64,000 nucleotides of DNA from Dudresnaya verticillata (Eukaryota): assembly GCA_977862235.1 (NCBI GenBank), contig OZ374561.1, positions 1,178,001-1,242,000 on the forward strand, written 5' to 3'. Below, piece by piece: positions 24,371-37,622 of this stretch. The notes under the pieces were generated by a model. The model did no database searches. It saw nothing but the letters and a program-made list of their open reading frames with translations, and was not told the DNA's origin. The number at the start of each line of letters is the position of its first letter. The first letter of the stretch is position 1. The translations under genes were made by a program, and so were the position numbers.

Positions 24371-26974
24371 TGACTCTGTTGATTATTGTTTTAAACAGTA
24401 ATGCTTTTGTTCCCACCTTTTGTTCTGTTTCTGTACAGAGCCGATAGTACATTCGTACGTTACTCAGTATTGAATTCCTCTCATTCGATCCCCGATAGTC
24501 CGTTGATTTGTATTGAGAACACTTCGTACGAAACTTAAAGTTCGACCTGCAACTTAATCATAAAGGCCCATGGGCCACACATGCATATTTGTGCCCTGGG
24601 TTTCCCCTTGGGGCGTGTTCCCTCAAGTCTTCTTCCGCAGATTTCTTATTTTCTTCTATTGTTGCTTCTCGCGGCCATGCGTTTTTAGCCATTCTATTTG
24701 TGGTACTATTGATGGTGAGTGGAACGCCGGTGACTCTTCTTACTAAGTACTTACTGCCTAATAGGCAATAAAAATATAGTTTTTATTAATCTCTGTATAC
24801 AGAGTTTCTACATGTTTACAGTTTTCACGGGTTGAAGCTCCTGAGTTTTGAAACATGAACTGCAAAAAAAATAACACTAATAATTCTTTTGCACTTCATG
24901 TTCCCTCTACTTTGTTGTCTTGTAAAGGAATTGTAGGGCGCAGTTGGGCTCTACCTCCTGACATATTCACCGCTAAGCGTGGGACGGGCCTCGCTGGATG
25001 GAACTATCTAGGCATGGCATGTATTCTTCCGCGAAACGCAGTAGTTGCTGTGTTTAGTTATCATTTTCATCTTTCTATTGCACCAAAACATTTCCACACA
25101 AGCTTTCTGTCTGTAAACCCTCCGGTCTGTTGCGCAAGAACAGAAGAGCAAAACTACACCGCGCCACAAACAAGCACCCTAACCTTTACTCCTCTCATCT
25201 GCATCAAGCTGCTTCTCCCGCAGCAAGTTCTGATGATTGAAAAACATTTTCATGAAAGTACACTTTTACGTTGTCCAGTGACTACCGATATCCATCAGAA
25301 TGTCTACAACGCTTTTAACCTGACTCCTTTAACCTTCATCTACTATTGTCACAGTGAAGCCGTCACTTTAGAACTATTTTCGCACACCTCTATAATTTCG
25401 ATACAATTGCATTAACTACACATGTGCAGTGCACTGCAGTGCACTGGTACATGTACCAAGGCACATCGTTCACTGCTGCTGCAGATATCCTCTCTCCGAA
25501 TCATACTTACTGATCACTACAAACTCTCTACTAGAGAGTAACTAGTAGTTCCGCTGTGACACGCATTTTTGTTGCCAAACACCAGCAGCAGGCGTTTTTC
25601 GCACTTAGCCGCATCGATGCGGTCGTTGGTGAGACGAAACGCTGCCCGCTTTCTTGTCATCAATACGCATCTTCAGATTCTCGTTTCATATCTCGAAATA
25701 ATTATCCTTACTCTATTCTGAACATCAAAAGGTGTTAGAGGAGATGAGACCTTGCAATACTTGGAGAAACAGAAACAGAGAGACAAACTGCACAGTACCT
25801 ATTGTGAAATAAATTCGGTATTCTATTGACTGAGGGCACAGTGTATCATAGAACTGATACCCGCAGCAAAAGATTCTATCCTGGGGCATTACGAGTCCAC
25901 ATCTGATGGCATGAAAAGCGATAGATCTGTTTGAATAAAGTATCTCTCCGGAGATGTAAAAACGGCGATGTGAAAGAGCGATTTATTATTGTATCTCCCT
26001 ATACTAGGACTTGGGCCGTCCAGAACTATGAATTTGTCTCAACGTGCAGTGGGGATTTACGGTGGGGCGCCCCACACACATAAAGCGCTTTATGCCCCAC
26101 TGCAGCTAAGGATCAAAGTTGGCTCGTTAGGTGCTCCTGCTTTTTCACTGCTTCAATTGTTTCAAATACCATCTCTAAATGCCATTAAATGCCCTCCCAA
26201 AGCATGCTTCACCTGTATACAGGGTTGCTTAAACAGGACTGTCCTGTGTGTGGCCCGGGCCTGTGAATATGTATCACCAGAATGATAATGCATGTCATTG
26301 TGTTGACGGTCAGATAGCATACTAGCGTGTAACACCGCCGCTCTGCCACAGCACCATGGCGTGCACACCAAAACGATGGGTGATAAAATATTCAAAAGAA
26401 CCCAGTACTTTATTGTATATTAATGTCGCGATTTGTTCTATGCTATGTCCTGACATGTTACCGTGATAGTTGTAAAATGATACACCCTAGGGCGTGTACA
26501 CCCTAGGGCGTATCATGGTATGGCGTATTGTGTAACACGTATCTCAGGACATTTTGTTCCACACGCAAGTGCTGGTGAGTACCGTGTGCCGGAAATGGAC
26601 CGTGCAAAATCAGGTCATTAATAACAAAGATCTCAAAAATAGAATTCTATTTGTGAGATCTTTTTAATTCCATGCAGTGAACCACTATATGTAGCCATGC
26701 TATCTAATCTACGGTTTTTATTTCTTGAAATAACGAGAATGATAGTACCATGATCAACTGATAATGATGCCCTACGCCTACTGGCAGGGCACCATACCCC
26801 GTCCTATTCACCCTTAATCCATGGCGGGGGTGCACCCCTATATATGAATAGATATACCTCTGTTACATAATCCTGGCATTGCATAATATGCAAAAATATT
26901 TTCTTTGCCAAGTAAACTTCCAGGATCTAGCAAGGCCCCACTGGTGGCCTGTTATCCTCTCAAACCCCACAAGG

Positions 26975-29900
26975 ATGACTAGCCATCGCCGCGGTTCGAA
27001 GAAGAGAAGAAGGAGAATAAGTTCGGAATGGTCTTTGAATGCGCAGGAGGCCAGAGCTGCGAAGCAGGCGCTTCGGGAGCATAGACGTCGATTTAATTCC
27101 TTGGAGAGATCGATACAACCGATTTCCGAATCAAGTCCTAATCTTCATGCAGAGCAGACAGAACGGAATATATCAGGACGTGAACATCAAATTAATCGAA
27201 GAGTGCAGTGTGACGTGGTAGAGGGCCGCACTTCTCAAGAAGATAATTTAATCGGAAGATCAGAACAGCATGAAGATCACATTGACGATTTTTTCTTCCA
27301 CAGCAATGGAGAAGATGACAACTTTCTGTACACAGGGCGACATTTTCCCGGTTCGGATGCTGTCAAAGCTCGACTCTCCCCTCCCTTATCTCTATCCACA
27401 CCCAGAGAGAGCCCTTCTAGCATGCGCCTTATAGCAATACAAGAAGAAAGGCAGGCGTCCCAGCCACGTTTGGTACAGGTCGAGATGAATGCTCTTTCCC
27501 AGCAAACATTAAATATTAAGAGCCTAACAAGGATTAGAAGTATGTGGAAAAATTCATTGAGTCTGACATCAGTCGTTAGCGTCGTAGGAAGCGTACGATA
27601 CACAGTCAAGCAATATGAATTTATGCGAGAGCTCGTACGGCACTGTTCTCCTGCTAGTACGATGGTCTCTTTCAAGACTGCCGACGCCTACTTCGAGACA
27701 CTTACAAAAAAGGTATTCCCAAGCAACGCATTGATTTTTGTCAATGGTGCAGCAACAAATATGGCTAAACCTGCCGCCAACAAAGAAGTTGGTACTCCCG
27801 CATCTAATGATGGAGTTCAAACAGAGGTTCAAAATCATGAAGGCTTCGGAGACGAAGAATGGGTCCCCACCACGGACCTGTTGCATCCTACAGTAAGCAT
27901 AGTTCCTTTTGGTGCATCTGAGGGAAAGCGACGACCGATACGTGTTTTTCTGCCTAGTGCGTGGGCGAAACGTGACGTGGCAACCCCCAGTATCTTCCAG
28001 AAGATGTATCCTTCTTACCAAACAACATTCGACAAACCCTCTTTGAAATGTTGTCACGATTTGGAGAACTCTGACATAGTACAGAATCGCGAGGCTGTAC
28101 TCAATGTTTATCAGCGTATGACAGGGAGGAATGGTTCTACACTAATAGAGTGCTTGCCAGGCTCCTATATTGACGTATTTGGGTCGGATGATGCCCCAGC
28201 AGAACCCACAGGATACGATATTCGCGTCATAGAAGATGGCTATGCGTTTCAGGCCTGTGTGAGAGCTACCAGGTGTGTCAGTGGCGAAAGGCAGACTAAC
28301 AGAAGTAACACAGAAGCTATAAGATCTCAATGGTTATCCGAGGAGGAAAAGGGTGTGGTTAAAGCATTTGCAGCTTCCGGTGTCCGCCCTGGCTCACTAC
28401 TGCACGGTAGCCCGCAGATTGTACCTGGAGATATATGTACCTTGCTAGCTCCTGCCCATAGACATTCTCAGAGCAGAAACACCTCACGACTGAGAGCCGT
28501 CATTGTTCCACGTTTTTGGAGGCATGAAGAAGGAATTCCATCTACTCAGATTCTATGGATTCTCCCTAACCAGAGAGGTGGTACATGTCATGAAACTTCT
28601 CCTGCAGGATCCAAGAACGTATCTGTGACATATAAGATGACTGTTGTTCAGAAAATATCAGTACTGACCGAGCGAGATGAGCAGATTACTTCTGCTGATG
28701 TAAGAAGCGATGGCCGATATAGCCCTTACGGGATACTTGAGGATGGAGTCCATATGTCGTTTATAGGATGCTTCTGTATTGTGACGATTTCAGAACGTCT
28801 GCACAGCTCAGTTCAAATGGCACGGCCGGGGGTTGCTATTTTCTACCAATGAGTCTTCCCCCAGAAGCTCGTCGAAGTTCATCCTCCGTACGGATAATTT
28901 CGTTAACCCCTACTGGTGTTTCTACAAATGCGGTTTTATGCATAATCGTAGAAGACTTAGTGAAGACATGCTGTGACGGAGTAATGGGCTGTACCCCAGA
29001 TGGAACACCAGTCCTAATTTTTATTGACGTTGTGGGATTTATCGGAGACTACCCTGCTGCTAGTTCAACGGTTGACCTCATTGGCCATACAGGCAGTAGT
29101 TCCTGCACATTATGTTCCTTCAGAAGATTGCGTTCAGAGCAAGCGACAGGTTCCCACTATGGATACAATACGGATGTACACGCCAACAACACTACTTTTC
29201 AAAGAAATGGGGAGCGTCATTTGGCTGTGAGAAGTATTGGTATTCCAGACTCGGACGCCAATAGAATCGGTTTAGTACCAAATGCTCGCGTTTCTAGACG
29301 CAAGTGTCCTCTAATTCACTTTCACCGTAAGCTGGGAGAAAAAGGGCTGCAATACCGCGGTCTCGAAATGGTTATCCCGTTGTTCCGGGTCTCTTTGATC
29401 CATACAGATCTAACGTAATCGCTCCAGACCATTTACTCTCTGGGCTATCCAAGAATATCATAGCTTGTGTCTATAGGAGTTTGAAAAGGAAGAGAGAGAA
29501 AAAGCGGAAGTTTACATTTCAGTTCATCTGAGAGAAAATGGCCTTGTCCAGCAGAAAGAAGTGTTCAACGCTAAGACAAAGGAACTGCATAGCATGAGCC
29601 TTTCCGGGGTTTTCAGTGTACTCACTGTGGCGCAGCCTATTTTTATGATTCTTTGCTCTGATGCCCAAGAAGGAACACAGTTGTCCAGTTCTTTGAGGCT
29701 TTTGTATATGCTTCATAAACTGGTTTTCGTTCACATACTGGTGGCCAGAAAAGGATATCGATGGAAGCGAAGCAGTGCAGATGGTCAGGGTAAACAAGAT
29801 GGAGTACTGGAGAAACCTTCAGGATATGGCAAAAGAATACACTATTTCAGTCGACGAATTTTGTAAGAGATGGGGGGAGGCTGGCAGAATACTGGACAAA

Positions 29901-30962
29901 CCATACTTACACAGACTACTAGAACTCTACATGCATGCAGTTCCATCTTTTGGCCATGTCAGGGAGTTTATGGAGCTGGTTTTTGAATGTGCCCATCAGC
30001 CGTTGAAGCGTTGCGTTCAGCGCAGTACTCACCCTAATTCGCACATTACTGCTGTAGACAATTGTGTCGGTAACGACTGGCAGAGTTGACTTGTCGCGAT
30101 ACATGCAGGAATGAGAGACGCAAGTGCTGAGGAGAGGATCCAATTCGAGCGGTGCCTAAGAAGACTTCTACTGGGAGAGATGTCTTTCCTTCTAAATGAG
30201 AAAGAGCATGAAGAATATATTCAGCATACAAATAATATGCTTGCTAATCAGTTGAACGATCCGTTAATACGAGAGCTAAGGAGGGACGACAGAGTGTTTA
30301 ACTTCGGCTCAGCCAGAAGGACACGTTGGGAAGGGCGAGATCGAACCGACTCTGAGGATCTCGGAAATATTTTGAAAGGTCATCGAAGGAGTATACTAGA
30401 AGAAGTTCTGAAAGAGGCAAAATCTATACTGCAGACATACTACCCGTCCTTCAGTGAAGATGAGATACCCTGTAATGTTAATAGGGCTGCAACCCGCATT
30501 CATGTTCTGGGCAACGGTTCCTGTCGGGCGGCCAACTACGGATACGATATTGTACGCCCTGGCTGTGTGGTACAAGCTATGGTCAAGGAACACAGTATTC
30601 ATGAACAGCTTTTGATGCCATGTGGAGGGGACACAGGGAAGCTGTTTTTCTTTGCCATAATTGCCGTACTGCAGCAAGCTGACCAAGAAGCGTATTGGGC
30701 CGTCTGCATTCGATGCAAAGTTAGAAACAACCGTCTAACATGCCGACGCCAAATCGGAAGTGGTTCCCTGCAACTCCTGCTACTCACATCTACCGTACGG
30801 AAAATTGCCTTGTACCATACGTGTCAAAAGCAAAGAGGAACTCCAAGTTTATGTGTAGCAAGCCTTTGGAAAAAGACCATCAATCACACTGGTGATGTCT
30901 TTAGCGGAGAAGAAATGATCATCCAGAGGCGTGTTAACGGTTATCCGCCAAGGCTTGCGTAG
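26975..30962 (+). pseudogene. Large (~1300 aa) CMC/EnSpm- or Plavaka-like DDE transposase with frameshifts and a stop
   Basis: Ordered motifs LYCDDF, GGCYF, FIGDYPA...GHTG...CTLC, APDHLLSG, KPYLHRLLELY...FGH...ELVFECAHQPLK across frames 26879-28852, 28768-29418, 29561-29866, 29775-30089, 30111-30962. Confidence 0.75.
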
Positions 30963-31674
30963 CTCGTCAACAGAACCAACTATGAACTCAATTTAGGATA
31001 CACAGCGAGATACCGTAGGTTCCCAACATAGCTTTGTTACAATTATGTATTCAGCAGGGGAAAGAAAATGTTAAGATCATCAAATGAGGTTGATAGAAGT
31101 GCTGTGTTTCATAAAATAGCATTCCGTACGAAACTACACTGCGAACTTTACGAAACTTCCTCTAAACATGCGATTCCTTTTTCCGCTACAAGAGGAGCTG
31201 GAGATGTTCTGAATAACTGGATTTTTCCTATAAGGTCCCCCTAGTTCCGATCCCACTCCACATTCGGAGCTCTCGCTCCACGCCGTCAACAAAGACGAGG
31301 AAAAGACCATTAAACACGTACTTGGTAGCGTAAATTCCCTTCTCTGCTCGACGCATATATATAGTCGAGTTCTACCCGCGTGAACGCTCTTTTAGGCTTC
31401 TGGTAGTGTTATATTTAGCCCATAAGCGCGTTTATTACTTACTCTTCACAGACGACGCTCCTCTACATAGGTTCTCCACCTTGAATACCTCTGGAGGCCT
31501 TGCCACCCAAACGACTAGTACAATCCATTACTACACCAGCCTAGCTATCAAATTCCGTAGACCAAGAGTCAAACAGCCTGCAACCTGGCTGCTTGATTGT
31601 CACGTGGACGTTAGTCGTACTGCTCATTCTGCTGGTAAAGTTGAGTAGGAGCTCTAAATTGTTTTAATTTAGGC

Positions 31675-32708
31675 TCACAATGACGTGGCAACAAGATCAG
31701 GAGCATTAAAGCGTGTCCCAATGGTAATCAATTTGATCATCTCCGACAACCCCTTCCGGTTGTCTCCTACGGACCACGTGTAAAATGATACTGCATTGAG
31801 GCTTATCCTTTTCGGGTCTGAGCCGACTGTGTCCAAGAATGCTTGAGCTAAAAACGGTGTTTGTGTACAACGGGGTTGAACTGCAACTCTTCGATGGCTA
31901 AACATTGAATGCTCTCAAGTGAAAAGGCTTCTACATCCTTTCCTAGGGTACGATCTTGTGTCCAGGGAACCACACAAATTCATTTTCAGGGAGATTCGCG
32001 TCAATATCCCATGCATGATAATGCACTCCTTCAGTAGTGATATGGGACGTCATAATTCGCGTTCCAGATGTAATCATCGGTTGAATTGACAACACACTAC
32101 CCATATGCACTCGTTTATGATATTGTAATATCATTACATCCGATTGATGTGAGCTTTGCTAATCGTAGTACATATCTGTGTGCCTCGCGACATGCAGTTT
32201 TTAATCGAGGTTGCAACATGTTACGGCGATGTCGTCTGCAGTATGGCTCGAATGGCATGATTATGGTCGAAGTCGATCAAATCCAGGCATTGATATGGCA
32301 AATACGGTAAACAGTATTCGTGTTGTGGGGCAATCTGGCTTGAAAGCTTTATCAAAGGAGGAAGTACTTTCCAGATTTCATAATGTCGACACATGAAGAC
32401 TCGGAAGTTGTGGAGGGAGGGATAGTGCTAGCAGTGTTCCATCGAGGCAGTACGGATTTGACATCATGACGTTGAATGCGGGAAATATTTATTGGCGGGA
32501 GAATGTATTCCGTTCGATACAACTATTCCTGTTCTGCACCGGGGTGTAAACAGTGCTTAATAATTACTTTATCGTGGGGCTTGCCTGGCCATTTGCATAA
32601 CAAACTCTTTGTTTTCGATTGAATAGAAGTTGACCATGAGTTCCCGCCTTTTCTGAGGTACCTCAAACATTCTGAGGATCCAGTTCTCGTGCATTGAACT
32701 TTAGTCAA
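31675..32708 (-). pseudogene. Possible disrupted unknown gene convergent with the transposase
   Basis: Short same-strand ORFs 32523-32708, 31943-32134, 31675-31905; no domain recognised. Confidence 0.25.
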
Positions 32709-32823
32709 TTTAAGTTAAGTAACGTAATTGTTCTATGGCGATGGCGGCAGATGTATAAGAAGTTCTTAAGTTCTACGACTGAAGACCTGGGCATAGTCCG
32801 CAGAAAACGACGCTTTCAGCGAG

Positions 32824-33911
32824 ATGCCTAAACCGAAGGGTACCGAAGAGCGAATGAAGAGGTACAAGGAAGTGGCAGCTGCGAAGAAGAGGGCTAAGAT
32901 GCAATCGAAATCCGGTGACTTGTCGCCGTCTTCCGGCAGTACCAGCGGGGTGCTTCCTGCGAAGAATTCCGTATCCAGAAGGACACCTGGAACACGTGGC
33001 CGTTCGAGACCTCCGACCTCCGTTAGTGGTTCGCCGACACCTAGAACATCCCAAGCTCGGTCGAATGTTCCATATCGGGCAACACCCTACCCTCATACGA
33101 GGTCAGCGAAAAATTCACCCACCGGTGCTCCAAGAAATCGTAATGACAATAATACGGGTGGTACTGCTGAAAGAAGAGGTCTTACAGAAGTCAAGAAGAA
33201 GCGACTACTAGTCGATTGGAGTCCCTTTCCAATATCATTGAAACCTCTCCGAAAAGAAAGCCCGAGGCACGGTTAGCGGTAGGACGCAAGCGCGTGAGCC
33301 TGGAATCCGAAGGTTTAACTCCCCAATCCCAGAAGAGAAATCGAGCGAGTGATGCCTTGGTAGGGTACAAGTCTTTAGACGGAGGAGGGAGTGCGGATCA
33401 ACATATTCCGAAGAAGAAGCGAAAGGCCAGCCTTTCATCAAGCCCCCCAGATCAGAAACGAAGAAACATGTCAGATCATGAGCATGAAGAAGTCGAGAGC
33501 ATATTGCGTACGCATCCCGTCGAAATATATTGTCGCGGTAGGGAAGCAGATGAGGAGGCTGATGAGCTTGAAGCGCCTTTGAGGAACATATCTTCGAAAG
33601 GTGATGTCCCGGAAAAATCTAGGAGCGCGAGCGGCAGAGGTTCTCAACCTTATTCATATGCATATGCGCCCCATGGGGCGAGACGGGTACTGGACCTTCC
33701 TGATGTTCATGAACGTTGTATACAAAATGTCGCAGACACCGCTAATCACGAGCAAATGGCCACCACATCCATTGTACTGAAGAGGATGTTCTCATCCCTT
33801 CAAGAAGGCCTACGCTCTGAACAACAAGCGCTACATGCCGTCTAGATGTCAGAACTGATTGGATTGGGCGAGCGACTGCAGCGAATCGAAGAAAGTATAA
33901 CTCCCATTTAA
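32824..33911 (+). pseudogene. Basic Ser/Arg/Lys-rich unknown protein with NLS-like clusters and C-terminal coiled coil, frameshifted
   Basis: Overlapping ORFs 32824-33276 and 33216-33845 of similar composition (PKKKRK); helical sequence continues past the stop to ~33911. Confidence 0.5.
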
Positions 33912-33914
33912 GCC

Positions 33915-34158
33915 ATTCCAGAATCTGACTCTGAAAACAGACTGGAGTCGAATAGCTATTTTATGGTATCGTTGGAAAGGGGAGCGTGCCATGAGTACGA
34001 TGGTGAAATCCGATTGGCCAACGGACCATTTGTTCCAAAGTTATGGCGGTTTGCGTGATTTTACACAAAATAATTCTAGGTTTTCCGAAATTTAATTTCT
34101 TTGCGTCGATTTGGCCCGGCCGGGCCACTCCGTGGTCCGGACTGGGCCAAATTGGCCC
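33915..34158 (+). repeat. ~240 bp dispersed repeat, copy 2
   Basis: Same orientation and colinear with 8505-8745; both copies are followed by a GC-rich tract. Confidence 0.85.
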
Positions 34159-34383
34159 ACCCGGTCCCCACCTGCCCCATGCGCTCGCCCCCCTCTCCCT
34201 GATGCCACGGCACGCCCCCCCATGGCACACAATGCCCCGGTTGTACCGTGCCCCCCGCGCACCGCACCGCAGATGCGTGCGCGGCCCTGTTTCCGTAGCC
34301 CCTACTCTGCCGCGCCACGCCTTCTCACCGCACCTACTGTACTGTCCTGTGCGTGTCCGTACGGGAACGCATACAGATCGCCG

Positions 34384-35960
34384 TCACCGCGTTCTCAAGC
34401 TGCAGCTTTCATGTACAGATGTGTGCCTGACCCAACAACCGTCTTTGGCCGCAGCCAAACTCGCCGCTGCTTCGTCTGCAGAAGTACAGTCCACTGCAAC
34501 GTCGGCGACATCTGTAGCAGCTGCCACTCCAGCATTAGTTACGATAGTGTCGGTTGTAGTAGTGGCCATAGGTTTACCTGCTGCAGCTTCAAGCACAGCA
34601 GCATCGCCCTCTCCAATGCGTAATTCAGTAACAGTGTGTGCAGTATCGCGTTCAGTCGCCTTATCCACTTCAACTTGAGTTCCAGAATCATTATCCTCAG
34701 AACTGGCGGTGTTCGTCGTATCAGCTACGTTCTGCACAACATCAATATGAAAAACGTCATCCACAGCTGGTTCTTCCGGAGAGGCGTCATCAGCGCCGGA
34801 CTCCCTCGCAATAACTACCTCCGTAGCGCTTTCGTCCTCTGCATATTCACCCACTGCGACGGCATCTTCATCGCCTTCATCAGCAATTACTTCGCCAGCA
34901 GAGGTCCCATCTGCAGTACAGGTATCCACAACAGAAGCACCAACAGAAACAGTCTCCTCAATATTGTTGATCGACTCGCCTTTGCGAATATTCTCATCGT
35001 CCGCAGAAATTGCTGGCAATGAAACGTTGAGAATAGCACTATCCCTCGCAAAAGAGGTTTTCGCAGCAGCTTCAGCGCAACGCACCTCCTCATCTAGTGC
35101 ATCCACAGTATTATCTGCTGAAAGAGAAGCAGTATCTGCACCACCAGCAGCGACACCTGCAGGAGTTAGTTCTGTACCAGCGGTGTCTGTAGGAACATCT
35201 TCTACAGGATCTTCAATTGCTAGAGGGTTATCGTCATCAAATGGACCCGCAAGAGTGCTATCGGCGGTTTCGCCACCCTGAAAACGGTCATTCACTTGAG
35301 TATCTTCCAGAGGAGCGCTTTCAGATAGAGCGCTTTCAGCAGGAAGGACAACCGGGAGAGGTCCCCAAGCAGGATCTTCTTCCACAGGAAAAGCGCCGCT
35401 CAAAAGACTGCCATCCTCAGGAATATCGTCTGCACAATTGTCCTCTCCAAAATAGTGTCTTCTGAAGTGGCGTCATCGACTATGGGGTCTTCTGCACTAG
35501 CCTCTTCCACATAAGCGATTCCTGCAATTACCTCTTCTTCAGCAGTCTCATGCATTACGATGTGTTCTGCAGCCGCATCTTTTACAATAGCGATTTCCAT
35601 GATTGCATCTTCTACAATACTGATATCCACGATTGCCTCTTCTTCATAAGCATCGCCCACTTTGGCGTGTTCTGCAGCAGCGTTGAGAACAATAGCGTCT
35701 CCTGGAGCAATATTATCAACAATAAGCTCTTCTTCTGCAACGTCATCAAACATAGCTTTCTCTAAAGAAGCGTTCATAACAATAGTGTCTCCTGCAGCAG
35801 TATCGTCCACAATAGTATTTTCTCTTGTAGTGTCATCCAATGTTGAGTCTTCTATCGAAACATAGAATCGAGCAGCGTCTGCTGCAACAGCAGCGTCGAC
35901 AATAGCGCCTCCTGCGCCAGTGTTAGTCAAAATTGCGTCTTCTACAGCAGCTCCATTCAT
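34384..35960 (-). pseudogene. Very acidic Ala/Asp/Glu-rich low-complexity repeat protein, one frameshift near 35400
   Basis: ORFs 35400-35975 and 34384-35403; recurring ~10-aa units such as DTAAGDTIVM, DVAEEELIVD, DAYEEEAIVD, DATSEDTILE. Confidence 0.6.
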
Positions 35961-36204
35961 ATTGGGGGGATTCACAGTACTATTTTTTTGCTACAAATAC
36001 ACATTGATTTGCTGCAAACAAGCGGCACACCTGCCCCGTACTGTGAATCCCCGGGTGACAGTGCACGGGTGCAGAACGAGTGCGCTCAGCACACACAAAA
36101 CTGACCTGTCTGATCTGCGCCATGCCAGAAGCCAGGGTCAATCTCAAAATCCACACGCCGGGAAGACAAACTTCATTCGATCCTTCACCAGCCGCGTACT
36201 CACG

Positions 36205-37482
36205 ATGCCTCGCATTAGCAAACGCGCTAAGCGCTTGCGGGAGCTGCGGAGTCAGTGTAGCTCTGCGGTCTTGTGGGACGGAATTCGTATGTTACGACTG
36301 TGCCCTGATCTCTCGCTGCAAATCGCTGGTTTGTCTCTTCCGTCAAGTATGCTTATGCTTTTGCTGCTCCTGCTGGAACATACCACACTTTCAGCATCAA
36401 GGTACCTTCCCGGTTCGAGAAGGATCGCCGTTCCGAAATCCTCTGCGTGGATGCGTAGAATTCTTCCGATATATGACTCGGCCCGCCGCGCGGTTTACAT
36501 TCGCGTGAGTGATGAAGTTTTCGAGGGCATACTGAGGCTAATCAACACGATCTGCAGGCGTTTGTTCTTCAAAGGCCCCGAGCAACTGAGCCAAAGAACA
36601 CAAGTCGCGATTGGACTTACCCGGATTGGCTGTTACGGAAATGCCGCGTTTACAGGAAGAATTGCGGCACTCTTCGGATGTGGCGAAGGGATGGTTACCA
36701 AGGCAACATCTAGAACTGTTGCTGCACTGAGAGTCCTCGCCTGCTCTGTGATCAAGTGGCCATCAAGGGAGGTGCGGAAACGCTTAGCTGAGAGTGCAGC
36801 AGATAAATACGGCTTTAACGGCGCTATTGGCAGCGTAGACGGCACCACAATTCCTCTTTACAAAGCACCATCTGTAAGACCGTGGAACTTTTACGACAAG
36901 AAGTCACGGTATAGTCTTCACGCGCTGCTGACTGTGACGCACGACTACAAGGTAGTAGATATGGTGGTGGGATACCTTGGACCTGCTCCGGATTCGATTG
37001 TGCAGAGGGAGGCATATTGGCAGCGGTTTCCCAGACAATGTTTTTCCCTCATGGAGTATTTGCTTGGTGACAAAGGAATGTTAATGACAGAGGAATGTGT
37101 AATTCCGTTTAAAGGAGAGGCGGCTGCATTTCCGGACAACGCAAACTTTAATCGACAGTTAGCCAGGCTGAGGATTGTGGCGGAACAGGTCATTGGCCAG
37201 GTTAAGTCTCAATTCGCTTCTATGAGAGAGCTGCGTGTTCAGATTGATACAGAGGAGGACATCCGCAGGGCAGGAGACTGGATAATATCTGCATTCGTGT
37301 TGCACAACATTTGCCACCAGTGCCGGGACTACGTCCCACCTATGAGCGAAAGCGCCTTCCGTTCCCCATCCGTAAGCCCAGATTCTATACCTGGGGCAGA
37401 GGGGTCTTCTGCTTTTGTTAAACTCGAGGCGGTTAAGGACAAAGTTTTACAGCATATGGTAGAAAATGGCACTTACCTTTGA
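36205..37482 (+). CDS. PIF/Harbinger transposase (DDE_Tnp_4 / HARBI1-like)
   Basis: Motifs GAIGSVDGTTIPL, FYDKKSRYSL, YLLGDKG, FNRQLARLRIVAEQVIGQVK, LHNIC; D-D-E triad present; start MPRISKR inferred. Confidence 0.93.
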   Translation: MPRISKRAKRLRELRSQCSSAVLWDGIRMLRLCPDLSLQIAGLSLPSSMLMLLLLLLEHTTLSASRYLPGSRRIAVPKSSAWMRRILPIYDSARRAVYIRVSDEVFEGILRLINTICRRLFFKGPEQLSQRTQVAIGLTRIGCYGNAAFTGRIAALFGCGEGMVTKATSRTVAALRVLACSVIKWPSREVRKRLAESAADKYGFNGAIGSVDGTTIPLYKAPSVRPWNFYDKKSRYSLHALLTVTHDYKVVDMVVGYLGPAPDSIVQREAYWQRFPRQCFSLMEYLLGDKGMLMTEECVIPFKGEAAAFPDNANFNRQLARLRIVAEQVIGQVKSQFASMRELRVQIDTEEDIRRAGDWIISAFVLHNICHQCRDYVPPMSESAFRSPSVSPDSIPGAEGSSAFVKLEAVKDKVLQHMVENGTYL

Positions 37483-37622
37483 CGCTTCTGCTTGCCGTAA
37501 GACATTTGTTGCGAGAGTGTGGAAGAGAAATTTCTTTAATGTGTACCGAGACATTCATGCCATTTATATCTGACGTGGGAGAGTCCAGCGCACTGAGCAT
37601 GAGAGAGTTAGGATAAGTTCAC

